Source of the DNA: Halarcobacter sp.
GTDB lineage: Bacteria; Campylobacterota; Campylobacteria; Campylobacterales; Arcobacteraceae
Direction: 5' to 3'
DNA length: 64,000 bases
NCBI GenBank assembly: GCA_963676565.1
Contig: OY781089.1
Span: 1,792,001-1,856,000 of the forward strand
Below, in pieces: positions 28,008 to 37,948 of this stretch; position 1 is the first letter of the stretch, and each line of letters starts with the position of its first letter. A program made the translations under genes and the position numbers. The notes under the pieces were generated by a model. That model did no database searches. It was not told the origin of the DNA and saw only the letters and a list, made by a program, of their open reading frames with translations.

Positions 28008-28695
28008 TGTAAAGAATTTAGAAGTATTTTACGGTTTAATTAAAGCTGTAAAGGGAGTTGATTTTGAAGTAAAAGCTGGACAAATTGTTTCACTTATTGG
28101 AAGTAATGGTGCAGGAAAAACTTCTACACTTCAATCAATTGTAAATGATGTAAAGAAAACAGGTGAGATTATTTTTAATGATTTAGATATCTCAAATCAC
28201 AAAACCCATAAAATTATAAAAGAGGGTATATCTTTAGTTCCAGAAGGAAGAAGAGTTTTCCAAAACTTAACAATTGAAGAGAATCTTAGAATGGGTGCTT
28301 TTAATCAAGATGAACTTTATGAAGAGTATCAAGAAAGAATGTTTAAATTGTTTCCACGACTTATTGATAAAAAAGGTCAATTAGGTGGAACAATGAGTGG
28401 TGGGGAACAACAAATGCTTGCAATTGCAAGGGCTTTAATGTCTTCTCCAAAACTTTTGATGCTTGATGAACCTTCACTTGGACTTGCCCCTAAAATCGTA
28501 GGTGAATTATTTGAAACAATAGTTAAGTTAAAAGAGGATGGAATTACTATTTTATTAGTAGAACAAAACGCCTTTGCTGCTTTAGAAATTTCAAATTATG
28601 CCTATGTTTTAGAAAATGGGAAAGTGGCTTTAGAAGATGATGCCAAAAATTTAATTACTTCAGATGAAATAAGAAAAAAATATTTAGGTGGATAA
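28000..28695 (+). CDS. livF: BCAA ABC ATPase
   Basis: GSNGAGKT, VPEGR, MSGGEQQM, LDEPSLGL; likely start ATG 28000. Confidence 0.95.
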   Translation: MLSVKNLEVFYGLIKAVKGVDFEVKAGQIVSLIGSNGAGKTSTLQSIVNDVKKTGEIIFNDLDISNHKTHKIIKEGISLVPEGRRVFQNLTIEENLRMGAFNQDELYEEYQERMFKLFPRLIDKKGQLGGTMSGGEQQMLAIARALMSSPKLLMLDEPSLGLAPKIVGELFETIVKLKEDGITILLVEQNAFAALEISNYAYVLENGKVALEDDAKNLITSDEIRKKYLGG

Positions 28696-28710
28696 TCCAT
28701 CTAAATATTT
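28678..28710. terminator. Hairpin spanning the livF stop codon
   Basis: AAATATTTAGGTGGA-TAA-TCCATCTAAATATTT. Confidence 0.55.
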
Positions 28711-28772
28711 GCTATTTAACAAATATTAACCTTTTTAAAATATAATACGATTACAAACTTATTAGGAAAACT

Positions 28773-29174
28773 ATGCTTTTAATGAAATTAAAACCAAAAG
28801 AAAAATTTGCATTTTTACAACTTGCCCACTATTTAGCAAGAATTGATAATGATTATGGAGAAAAAGAAGAAGAGATAATCTTAGAATACTGTGCAGAAAT
28901 GGGAATTGAAAATGACAACGACTTTGAAATTGAGTATTTTTCTTTAGAAGATACATTAGAAACATTTAAATCTAAAAAAAGTAAAAAGATAGTTGTTATG
29001 GAATTAATGATTTTAATCCATGCAGATGATAGATTTGATATACAGGAAAAAGCTTTAATTTCGCAGATAAATGACACATTTCAATTATCAAGTGAAAATT
29101 TAGAATTTTGCTCATCATGGGGAAAAGGTGTTGCAGCCTTGTATGCTCAGGGCAAACTTTTTATTCATGGATAG
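28773..29174 (+). CDS. TerB-like family protein
   Basis: LARIDND...E and LIHADDRF..QE helical TerB-type motifs. Confidence 0.65.
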   Translation: MLLMKLKPKEKFAFLQLAHYLARIDNDYGEKEEEIILEYCAEMGIENDNDFEIEYFSLEDTLETFKSKKSKKIVVMELMILIHADDRFDIQEKALISQINDTFQLSSENLEFCSSWGKGVAALYAQGKLFIHG

Positions 29175-29237
29175 TTAATTGTTTTAATTTTTATATTTAA
29201 ATAATTTTACTAGGATAAATTAGATAGAATACCTACT

Positions 29238-29441
29238 ATGGAAATCATCGAGAAATTAAATTTAAAAATTGATAAGCTAGTACATGAATATGAACTCTTA
29301 AAAAGAGAGAATAATATGTTGCGTCAAGATTTAGAAGATTTGAAAAATAAAAACGATGAATTGGAAAGAAATAATCAAGATATGCTTTTAAGAATTGATA
29401 GTACTTTAACCTTTGTAGAGGCTAAACACATTGCAAAATAA
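29238..29441 (+). CDS. Short coiled-coil protein, ZapB-like
   Basis: Heptad-rich 67 aa, directly upstream of a ZapA-like ORF. Confidence 0.5.
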   Translation: MEIIEKLNLKIDKLVHEYELLKRENNMLRQDLEDLKNKNDELERNNQDMLLRIDSTLTFVEAKHIAK

Positions 29442-29640
29442 ACTCACTTTTCATATTAATAATATGGCTTATACAATTGTTGTTGATGAAAAGATAGAAA
29501 AAGAGATAAGAAAATATCTTGAACCTGATAAAAACTCTGATACAAGAGAGCTATTAGCTGCATATATCAGACTTGCTCAAGAGTATACAATTTTCAAAGA
29601 AGAGTTAGAACAGATTTCAGAAAAAATACCAAAACTTTAA
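29431..29640 (+). CDS. Small ZapA-like hypothetical protein
   Basis: N-terminal strands (LTFHINNMAYTI) followed by coiled coil. Confidence 0.4.
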   Translation: MQNKLTFHINNMAYTIVVDEKIEKEIRKYLEPDKNSDTRELLAAYIRLAQEYTIFKEELEQISEKIPKL

Positions 29641-29642
29641 TT

Positions 29643-30074
29643 ATGAAAAAAGCTTTTTCTTTATTTGAGATAATTATTGTAATTTTGATTATCTCAATAG
29701 TCTCAACTTTTTTAATTATAAAAACATCATCAAGTATAGAGTTTACAAATAAAACATCTGTTAAAGGTGATATCTCTTTAATAAGAAGTTCTTTATCAAA
29801 AGAAAACTCAAAAAATATCCTTAGTGGTGATGATTATATTTCAAAGCTTGATGATGCAAATATAGATGAGGAAAAAAGTTTATTGTTTTCAAATATTTTA
29901 GATAAACCCTTAATCTCAACAAATAGTTTAAAAAAAGAGATTGGAAAGTGGATTAAAAGCTCCTCTACAAAATATAAGATTTACATTACAAATGAACAAT
30001 ACTTAGAATTTGAATTTATAAATAATAGTTTTAAATGTCTAAATAGTATTGAATTATGCAAGGATTTTGAGTGA
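29643..30074 (+). CDS. Prepilin-type N-terminal cleavage (pseudopilin-like) protein
   Basis: KKAFSLFEIIIVILII class III signal. Confidence 0.8.
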   Translation: MKKAFSLFEIIIVILIISIVSTFLIIKTSSSIEFTNKTSVKGDISLIRSSLSKENSKNILSGDDYISKLDDANIDEEKSLLFSNILDKPLISTNSLKKEIGKWIKSSSTKYKIYITNEQYLEFEFINNSFKCLNSIELCKDFE

Positions 30075-31918
30075 ATTATTATGAAGTAAGTTTTTTAAAG
30101 TCACCCTTAAACCCTTTGACATATGAAAGTTTAGAAGAGATAAAAGTTGGTACAAAGGTTTTAGTTCCCCTTGGCAATAGAAAAAAACAAACTCCTGCAG
30201 TTGTAATAAAAAAAGTTGCTAAACCTGATTTTAAATGTGTAAAGATTTTAGAGGTTTTACCTTTTTATTATGATGAAAAGATGTTTGAAATTGCAAAATT
30301 TATATCTCAATATTATGTATGTTCATTTGGTGAAGCCTTAAGTGTTTATGTTCCCTTTGATGAAAATATAAAAGAGGAAGAAAACAAAATTGAATTTGAT
30401 TCTAAAATCTGCTTATCTAAAGAACAAGAAAAAGCATTTGCTTTTTGTCAAGAGAAAAAACAAGCTTTACTTTTTGCAAATACAGGAAGTGGAAAAACAG
30501 AAATCTATATTAAAACCATTGAAAAAGTTTTAAATGAAAATGGCAATGCAATTTTATTGATGCCTGAAATCTCTTTAAGTCCACAAATGCAAAAGCGTTT
30601 AGAAAAAGTATTTGGAGAAAGTGTTGCTATTTGGCATTCAAAAATCACAAAGAAGAAAAAAGAAAAAATTCTTGAAGGAATCTATAAAGGGGAAATAAAA
30701 TTAGTTGCAGGTGCTAGATCAGCTTTATTTTTACCCTTTAAAAACCTAAAACTGATAGTTGTAGATGAAGAGCACGATGAATCATATAAAAGTGATTCTA
30801 AACCAAGATATAATGCAAAAGATTTATCTTTGTATATTGCAAAAAAGTTTGATATCAATCTTATCTTAGGAAGTGCAACAGCATCTATCTCTTCTTTTCA
30901 TAAATTGCCTTTTTATAGATTAAAAGAAACTTTTTTTGAAACAAAAAAACAATTAACATTTGATGATTCCTCAACAGAATTATCAAATTTAATCTTAAAT
31001 AAAATTGCAAATGTTTTAGAAAATAAAAACCAAGTTATTGTATTTTTACCAACAAGGGCAAATTTTAAATATCAAATTTGCACTTCCTGCGGAAAATCAG
31101 TTGAATGTCCATATTGTTCAGTTTCAATGAGTTTACATAAAAATGATTTAGCCTTAAAATGTCATTATTGTGGATATGCTCAAAAAATTCCTGAACAATG
31201 CCCTTCTTGTAATAATGGGATAATTCATAATATAAGAGTTGGAACAGCAGAGGTTGAAGAGAGACTAAAAGAGTTTTTCCCTGAAAAAATCATAAAAAGA
31301 TTTGATAGAGATGAGATAAAAACAGATAGCAAATTAAGAAAAGTTTTAAATGATTTTAATGCAAATAAAATAGATATTTTAGTTGGTACACAAATGCTTT
31401 CAAAAGGGCATGATTATCATAATGTAAAACTTGCAGTTGTTTTAGGAATTGATTCAGTTTTAAATATGAGCTCATATAAAGCAAGGGAGAGAGCCTTATC
31501 TTTACTTATTCAAATATCAGGAAGAAGTGGTAGAAAAGGTGAGGGTGAAGTGATAATTCAAACACAAAATGAAGATTTATTAAGTTATTACTTACAAGAG
31601 TGTGATTATGAAGATTTCTTAAACCAAGAATTAGAATTTCGAGAAGGACTTTATCCACCTTTTATTAAAATGGCTAAGGTTATTTTTGCCCATGAAAATG
31701 GTTTAAAAGTAAAAGAGGAATTGGATAAATATGTAAAGATTTTAAAAGAGTATGAAGATATAGAAGTTGTTGGCTTTGGACAAAGTCCTATTTTTAAAAT
31801 GGCAAATAAATATCGATATGAAATTATACTTCGTTCACCAACGGCTAAGGCTCTTTTAGTTGCTCTTCACTCAATTAATTCAACTATGGCAACAATAGAT
31901 ATGGATAGCTCTTTTTAA
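30071..31918 (+). CDS. priA: Primosomal protein N'
   Basis: TGSGKTE, MPEISL, DEEHD, four CxxC pairs, GTQMLSKG, QISGRSGR, YPPF. Confidence 0.96.
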   Translation: MNYYEVSFLKSPLNPLTYESLEEIKVGTKVLVPLGNRKKQTPAVVIKKVAKPDFKCVKILEVLPFYYDEKMFEIAKFISQYYVCSFGEALSVYVPFDENIKEEENKIEFDSKICLSKEQEKAFAFCQEKKQALLFANTGSGKTEIYIKTIEKVLNENGNAILLMPEISLSPQMQKRLEKVFGESVAIWHSKITKKKKEKILEGIYKGEIKLVAGARSALFLPFKNLKLIVVDEEHDESYKSDSKPRYNAKDLSLYIAKKFDINLILGSATASISSFHKLPFYRLKETFFETKKQLTFDDSSTELSNLILNKIANVLENKNQVIVFLPTRANFKYQICTSCGKSVECPYCSVSMSLHKNDLALKCHYCGYAQKIPEQCPSCNNGIIHNIRVGTAEVEERLKEFFPEKIIKRFDRDEIKTDSKLRKVLNDFNANKIDILVGTQMLSKGHDYHNVKLAVVLGIDSVLNMSSYKARERALSLLIQISGRSGRKGEGEVIIQTQNEDLLSYYLQECDYEDFLNQELEFREGLYPPFIKMAKVIFAHENGLKVKEELDKYVKILKEYEDIEVVGFGQSPIFKMANKYRYEIILRSPTAKALLVALHSINSTMATIDMDSSF

Positions 31919-31987
31919 GTTTATTAACTTAGCTTTTGGTGAAATTTAAGTATAATCCACAAAAAATTTTTAAAAGGATAACTAGGA

Positions 31988-33175
31988 ATGGCATTTACAA
32001 AAGATGATTTTAAAAGCAAAATAGAAGAGATTCAATCTCAATCTTGGTATAAAAACCCAATCGGTTTTGGTATTGCAAGAGTTGATAGAGGACAATTAAA
32101 TCCTGAAAAAGTTTTACAAGCAACATATCCAGTAATGAACTGGGAAGAAAACTATGGTTCTGCTGCAGTATTTCTTAATGCACTAAAAGAAGCAGGTGTT
32201 GAAGTTGATACTTCTAAGTCTGAATTAGTTGCATCTGTTAGTGATGTTTTTTTAACTTCTTGTATTGAGGTATTTAGACCTTATATCCCTGAAGCAAAAG
32301 GACAAGATCATAAAAATGTTCAAGTAATTTCACAATTAGCATCTTTACCAATTGATTCTGGATTTACAGCTGAAGATTATAAAGTTGTATTTATTTTTGA
32401 AGATGAAGCTCCACAAAGTGCTGAAACAGTGTACTTAAAACTTTATGCATTATCAACAGGAAAAGCTAAATTAAGAGGACTTAATCTTAATGGGGCATTT
32501 GGACAATTAGAAAATTGTGCATGGGTTGGTAATCAACCAATTGAATTAGACTGGTTAAGAGAAAATGAAATTGCATTAAAACTTTCTGGAAAATATCCAT
32601 CAATTACAAAAGTTGATAAATTCCCTCAATTCTTAGATCATGTAATCCCTGCAGATAACACAAGAATCTTAGATACTAACAAAGTTAGAATGGGTGCTCA
32701 ATTAGCTGCTGGAACTACTGTTATGCCTGGAGCTGCTTATATTAACTTTAACGCAGGAACTGAAGGTGCAGTTATGGTTGAAGGTAGAATCTCTTCATCT
32801 GCAAAAGTTGGAAAAGGTTCTGATGTTGGTGGAGGAGCTTCAATTCTTGGAGTTTTATCTGGAACTGATGGTGTTCCTGTAACAATTGGAGATAACACTT
32901 TATTAGGTGCTAACTCTTGTACTGGTACAAGTATTGCTGATGGATGTATTTTAGATGCAGGTGTAACAATTTTACCAGGTACTAAAATTACACTTTCTGA
33001 AAAAGCAGTTGCAGCCTTAAAAGAGATTAATCCAGATAAAGAGATTAAAGAGCTTATGAGAGGTATGGATTTCCAAGGTGTAAATGGAGTTCATTTTAGA
33101 CAAAACTCAGTAACAGGTCAAATTATTGCTATGAGAAGTACTAGAGAAGTAAAACTTAACGAAGATTTACACTAG
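31988..33175 (+). CDS. dapD: Tetrahydrodipicolinate N-succinyltransferase
   Basis: VDKFP, VRMGA, INFNAGT, MVEGRISS, GGGASILGVLSG. Confidence 0.93.
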   Translation: MAFTKDDFKSKIEEIQSQSWYKNPIGFGIARVDRGQLNPEKVLQATYPVMNWEENYGSAAVFLNALKEAGVEVDTSKSELVASVSDVFLTSCIEVFRPYIPEAKGQDHKNVQVISQLASLPIDSGFTAEDYKVVFIFEDEAPQSAETVYLKLYALSTGKAKLRGLNLNGAFGQLENCAWVGNQPIELDWLRENEIALKLSGKYPSITKVDKFPQFLDHVIPADNTRILDTNKVRMGAQLAAGTTVMPGAAYINFNAGTEGAVMVEGRISSSAKVGKGSDVGGGASILGVLSGTDGVPVTIGDNTLLGANSCTGTSIADGCILDAGVTILPGTKITLSEKAVAALKEINPDKEIKELMRGMDFQGVNGVHFRQNSVTGQIIAMRSTREVKLNEDLH

Positions 33176-33189
33176 TTTTTTAGTATATT

Positions 33190-33225
33190 AAAAAAAGGGG
33201 TGGCAAGTTTTGTCACCCCTTTTTT
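33190..33225. terminator. Bidirectional terminator between convergent dapD and GGDEF gene
   Basis: A-run, GGGGTGGCA/TGTCACCCC stem, T-run. Confidence 0.85.
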
Positions 33226-33253
33226 ATTGGATATTTAAAATTTCTTTTACTTT

Positions 33254-35101
33254 TTAAAACAAGTCAACGCTACTAACTTGTTCTTCATGAAATCTTACTA
33301 CTTTATCTCTACCACTGCTTTTTGCTTCATATAAAGCAATATCTGCATTTTTAAGAACTGAATCAAAATTTTTACCATCTTGTGGGAACATAGATAAACC
33401 AATACTAATAGTTTTTTTAAGTTTTGCTCCTGCATAAACATCAATCTCATTTTCTCTAACTTTTTTACCAATATTATTTGCAATTTTTAGAGCATTTTCT
33501 TCACTATTTACACCAACAAGTAAAACTATAAACTCTTCTCCTCCATATCTTACTACAAGGTCAGATTCTCTAACAGATTCTTCTAGAATAGTTCCAAGTT
33601 CTTTTAATACTTTATCTCCAATATCATGTCCATATTCATCATTAACAGCTTTAAAGTGATCCATATCTAACATAAGCACACCAATATTTGTATTATCTCT
33701 TTTAACTTGAGGAATTAATTTTTTAGAGTGTTCATCTAAAAATTTTCTATTATAAAGACCAGTAAGGCCATCTCTGAATGCTGAGTTTTTTAAAGCATTC
33801 ATTAATAGATTAACTTCAAGGGAAGGTGAAGCTTCTTTTAAATAGTTTTTTATAAATACAGTTTTTTGTTTTAATTCTTCAAACTCTTCTTTCGTATCTA
33901 CAACACAATGAATTATTAGATATAAACTTTTTACTACATTTATATTAAAACAATAATAGTATTTATCCTTTTTATCAAAATATTGACAGCTATTGTGTAA
34001 ATCAATTGAATGAACATCACTTTTGGTTCTAGCACTTCTACATAATTCTGGAGATTCACAAAGGGTTTTATAACAATAAAACGATTCACCTTTTTCAATA
34101 ACCTTGGTGATTTTATTATTTAGCATATCTATTTCAGAAAATGTAAAATTATGTAGTTCAAACTCATTTTCCATAACATCAGCAAGTCTTTGGTAAATCT
34201 CTTCTTTTGAACTATCTTGTTCAACCTCTTTTTTAAATTGATATAGGTTTGAAAGTTTTTTGATGATTTCCCTTGATTCACTTAAAGGGTTTCTATTTGT
34301 TGAAAATTCAGTTCTATAACCAATAAATCCTTGAAGTTTTTTATCTATCTCTTCTGTAGTATCTTTAAAAGTTACCATTAAATTATTATAATTATTAGTT
34401 AAATCTTGAATATCCTTTGACAATCCAATTGGGGCTTCTACTTTTTTAAAGTTACCATTTAAAGCATAACTTAGATTGCTTTTAAATAGGGTTAATAAAA
34501 AAGTATAAGGGGCTAATATTTTTCTACTAATAAATATAAAAATTAATATTGTTAATAAAACAATAAAGATAGTTAAGTAAAGAGATTCTATACCAATCTC
34601 TTTAATAGAACTAATATCTAATTGCATAGAAACAGCACCTAAGGTTTCACCTTGAGATACATTATGACATTTAAGGCAATCAATTCCTTTGTCTGCTTGT
34701 GCAATATAAGGAATTGAAATTCTAATTTTTGAAGTTGTTAAACCTTCATCAATTTTATATGTGATTTTACCAGTTTTTAAAACCTCTTCATCTATTTTAT
34801 CCCTTGGAATATTAAATGAGGTAGTATTAAATTGTTCATTGATTTTTTCACTTCTTATAAGCCATAGTTTATCAATATTTCTAATGTTAGAAACAGATTG
34901 AATAAAGGTATCAACATCATCCATATTATTGTTTACCATATGGGAAGTTAGACCACTTTTAATAACTTCAGAGATAGAATTAGCATTATGTATTGCAGAC
35001 TTTATTCCAACATTTCGTAGATTATATAAACTATAAAAGGTTATAAGAATTGATAAAATAATTATTATTAAAAATGAAAGTGTTAATATATTTTTCTTCA
35101 T
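33254..35101 (-). CDS. Diguanylate cyclase with periplasmic CxxCH and Cys-rich GAF-like region
   Basis: Two TM segments flanking CLKCH; RYGGEEF with RESD I-site. Confidence 0.88.
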   Translation of the reverse strand: MKKNILTLSFLIIIILSILITFYSLYNLRNVGIKSAIHNANSISEVIKSGLTSHMVNNNMDDVDTFIQSVSNIRNIDKLWLIRSEKINEQFNTTSFNIPRDKIDEEVLKTGKITYKIDEGLTTSKIRISIPYIAQADKGIDCLKCHNVSQGETLGAVSMQLDISSIKEIGIESLYLTIFIVLLTILIFIFISRKILAPYTFLLTLFKSNLSYALNGNFKKVEAPIGLSKDIQDLTNNYNNLMVTFKDTTEEIDKKLQGFIGYRTEFSTNRNPLSESREIIKKLSNLYQFKKEVEQDSSKEEIYQRLADVMENEFELHNFTFSEIDMLNNKITKVIEKGESFYCYKTLCESPELCRSARTKSDVHSIDLHNSCQYFDKKDKYYYCFNINVVKSLYLIIHCVVDTKEEFEELKQKTVFIKNYLKEASPSLEVNLLMNALKNSAFRDGLTGLYNRKFLDEHSKKLIPQVKRDNTNIGVLMLDMDHFKAVNDEYGHDIGDKVLKELGTILEESVRESDLVVRYGGEEFIVLLVGVNSEENALKIANNIGKKVRENEIDVYAGAKLKKTISIGLSMFPQDGKNFDSVLKNADIALYEAKSSGRDKVVRFHEEQVSSVDLF

Positions 35102-35189
35102 TCATGCATCCCAGTGAGTATAAAATAATAGCGATTTTATTATTTTTGATTATATTATCATAATAATCTTTTTATTTCAAAGTCAAAAA

Positions 35190-36488
35190 TTAGATTTTGA
35201 AAAGATCTTTTGGATTAATATGCATCTCATTTTTTGTTGCTTGGAAAGTTAGTGTATCATTTACTCTTCCAACCACATAACCTTTTTTTATCCATCTTCC
35301 AACTTTTAAAGATGGAGAGATCTTATCAAGGTGTGAATATACTGTGTGCAAGCCATTTTGATGGGCTATAATCACAACATTTTCAAGCATTCCAGCATCT
35401 TTTTTTGCGTATACTATTTTTCCATTAAATATTGCTTTTACTTTTGCTTGTGGTTTTTTAGATTTTAAAACTACAGATTCATTGAAAAGTTCAATTTTAT
35501 AAACGGGGTCGTAATATGTACCAAACTTTTTAATTACATCAAATGAATCAAGGGGAGCAATGGTTCTTCTTCCTTTATATCTAGAAATTTTAATCCCTGA
35601 AGTTGATGAACCAATCATTCTTACATCAATATCAATATTATTGGCATATTTTTCATTTCTTGTATCATCTACATTATAGTTTTCTTTTTTTGTTTTGGTT
35701 GATTGGTTCTTTTTTTTACTTTCAGCTAATTTTTTTGCCCTTGCAATTCTTTCCTCTTTTTGTTTTTCTAATTCCTCTTTTTTAAGGATATTTAATTTTC
35801 CAAGTAAGGTCTTTAAGGATTCTTGTTTTTGTAAAGTTTTTTTCAATTCTTCTTGATAAACTTTATGTTTTTTCTCTAAAGATACTAAAGATTTAGAGTG
35901 TTTTGTTTTTAGTTCATTTAACTCTTTTTTTCTTTTTTTCCTATCTTCTATATATGAAGCAATTTTTTTGATTCTATTTTGATTCTCTTTTTTATTTTGT
36001 GTAATTAAGTCATAAGAATTATTAAGTTTTAAAATCTCATCTTTAGAACTTTGAGACAAAATTGTATATATCTCTGAGTCTATCAATTCTTCTAGCGAGC
36101 TTTCATCTGCAAGTTTTAATGCAATTGCAGAAGAGAATTCATCTATAATAACTTTTACTATTTGTCTTTCATTCTCTTTTTTTTCTTTTATTAAAGTTTT
36201 AGAGTTTTTTTGCAAGTTTGTAAGTTGGCTTCTTGCGTCTTTTAATTGAGCTTCATGTTTTATTATATCATCATTTACAATATCAATATCTTTTTCAAGA
36301 TCTGTTAATTCTTTATTTTGTTTTGATATTTGTTTAGCCAAGATTTTGATTAAAAAATCTGTTTTCATTTGTGTTGATTTACTTTTTTCAAGTATTTTTT
36401 TATTACTAGTTATTTTCTTATCGATGTTTTTTGTTGAGGAGTCTAAAAAACTAAATAGTATTAATGATAAAAATAAAAGTCTAATCAT
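35190..36488 (-). CDS. envC: Murein hydrolase activator EnvC-like (coiled coil + degenerate M23)
   Basis: Signal peptide, long coiled coil, HQNGLHTVYSHL; follows ftsEX. Confidence 0.8.
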   Translation of the reverse strand: MIRLLFLSLILFSFLDSSTKNIDKKITSNKKILEKSKSTQMKTDFLIKILAKQISKQNKELTDLEKDIDIVNDDIIKHEAQLKDARSQLTNLQKNSKTLIKEKKENERQIVKVIIDEFSSAIALKLADESSLEELIDSEIYTILSQSSKDEILKLNNSYDLITQNKKENQNRIKKIASYIEDRKKRKKELNELKTKHSKSLVSLEKKHKVYQEELKKTLQKQESLKTLLGKLNILKKEELEKQKEERIARAKKLAESKKKNQSTKTKKENYNVDDTRNEKYANNIDIDVRMIGSSTSGIKISRYKGRRTIAPLDSFDVIKKFGTYYDPVYKIELFNESVVLKSKKPQAKVKAIFNGKIVYAKKDAGMLENVVIIAHQNGLHTVYSHLDKISPSLKVGRWIKKGYVVGRVNDTLTFQATKNEMHINPKDLFKI

Positions 36489-37299
36489 ATTTCATTTTGT
36501 ATTTTAAAAGTACACCTACTATTGTTAGTATTGAAATTCCAAAAGAAAGTAAGAAAATCTTAATAAGTGAATTGTTTATTGTAAGAGTAACAATAACAAT
36601 TTTTTCTAAGTCTTTTGGTAATAATACGCCAATATCTCCAACTAAATATATAAAAATTCCTGAAACAATTAAAAAAGATAATAAAGAACTCATAATAGCA
36701 TATTTTAAAATTGTAGATGAACTATATAAAATAGAAGCACCGTGTAGTTTTAAAATAGTTATTTTTTCATGATGTTCATGGAACCATATTCTAATTTGTT
36801 TAGAAATCATAATAATTGCGAAAATTAAAATTATAGAAAAAAGAATCAAACTAATTTGATTTAAAAGTAATAGTAATAGATATACACTATTATGGTTTTT
36901 AGAAAACATCTCAACTTTTCTAATATTTTTATTTTGATAAAGTTGATTTTTTATAATCTCCAATTGACTAGTTGTAGGGAAAACTTCAAGTTTAATTTTA
37001 TAAAAATGGGGTAATTTTTGTTTTAACAAATCAATAGAAGATTTTGATAAACTTGACTTTATATTGTTTATAATCTTGTTGTTTTCAAGGGTAATAATCT
37101 TTTCAACTCTTATATCACCAAGTTCAGTTATCTCCTCTTTTATTAAAGGTGTATTTGTAATTACAACAATTGAGTAATCATTTGCAATGGTCTTTTTATA
37201 GTTGTCTAAAATATTAGAAGAAAAAAGATAAATTGTAAAAGATATTAACATTGCTGTTAATGGAATAACAAAGGCAAAAGTATTTTTAAGAAACTTCAT
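36481..37299 (-). CDS. ftsX: Cell division permease FtsX
   Basis: Four TM segments, ITILKLHGAS, downstream of ftsE. Confidence 0.85.
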   Translation of the reverse strand: MKFLKNTFAFVIPLTAMLISFTIYLFSSNILDNYKKTIANDYSIVVITNTPLIKEEITELGDIRVEKIITLENNKIINNIKSSLSKSSIDLLKQKLPHFYKIKLEVFPTTSQLEIIKNQLYQNKNIRKVEMFSKNHNSVYLLLLLLNQISLILFSIILIFAIIMISKQIRIWFHEHHEKITILKLHGASILYSSSTILKYAIMSSLLSFLIVSGIFIYLVGDIGVLLPKDLEKIVIVTLTINNSLIKIFLLSFGISILTIVGVLLKYKMKYD

Positions 37300-37948
37300 A
37301 TATTATTCCATCCTCAATAGATAACTGTCTAAACCTAATACCAAAGTTTTTTGGAACTCTATGGGTTACAACAACAACTGTAATTCCCAATTGTTCATTT
37401 GCACCTTTTAATAAATTCCAAACTACATCCGCAGAATAGTCATCTAGATTTCCAGTAGGTTCATCTGCAATGATTATTTTTGGATTATGGGCTAAAGCCC
37501 TTGCAACTGCAACTCTTTGTTGCTCTCCTCCACTAAGTTCATTTGGATAATATCCTTCTCTATGACTTAGTTTTACATGGGCAAGAAGCTTTTTTGCTTG
37601 TTCCTTTGAAATATCATGGGAATATCCATTGATTTTTAATGGAATCATGATATTCTCTTCTATAGTCCATTCTTTGATTAGTTTATAATCTTGGAAGATA
37701 ATCCCTATATCTTTTCGCAAGCGTCTAAGGGCTTTTCCTTTTATACCAAAAACCTCTTGACCGGCAATATTTAAGTTTCCATGCTTTAATGGAATTTCAC
37801 CATAAAACGATTTTAATAAAGTAGATTTACCACTACCACTTGTTCCCCCAATGAATATAAACTCTCTTTCTCTAATGGAAAAATTACCTTTTTTTATAAT
37901 GTATTTATTCTCATCATATGAAAGATATATATTCTTGGCATTAATCAT
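37286..37948 (-). CDS. ftsE: Cell division ATPase FtsE
   Basis: [34 protein letters not shown]. Confidence 0.93.
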   Translation of the reverse strand: MINAKNIYLSYDENKYIIKKGNFSIREREFIFIGGTSGSGKSTLLKSFYGEIPLKHGNLNIAGQEVFGIKGKALRRLRKDIGIIFQDYKLIKEWTIEENIMIPLKINGYSHDISKEQAKKLLAHVKLSHREGYYPNELSGGEQQRVAVARALAHNPKIIIADEPTGNLDDYSADVVWNLLKGANEQLGITVVVVTHRVPKNFGIRFRQLSIEDGIIYEVS

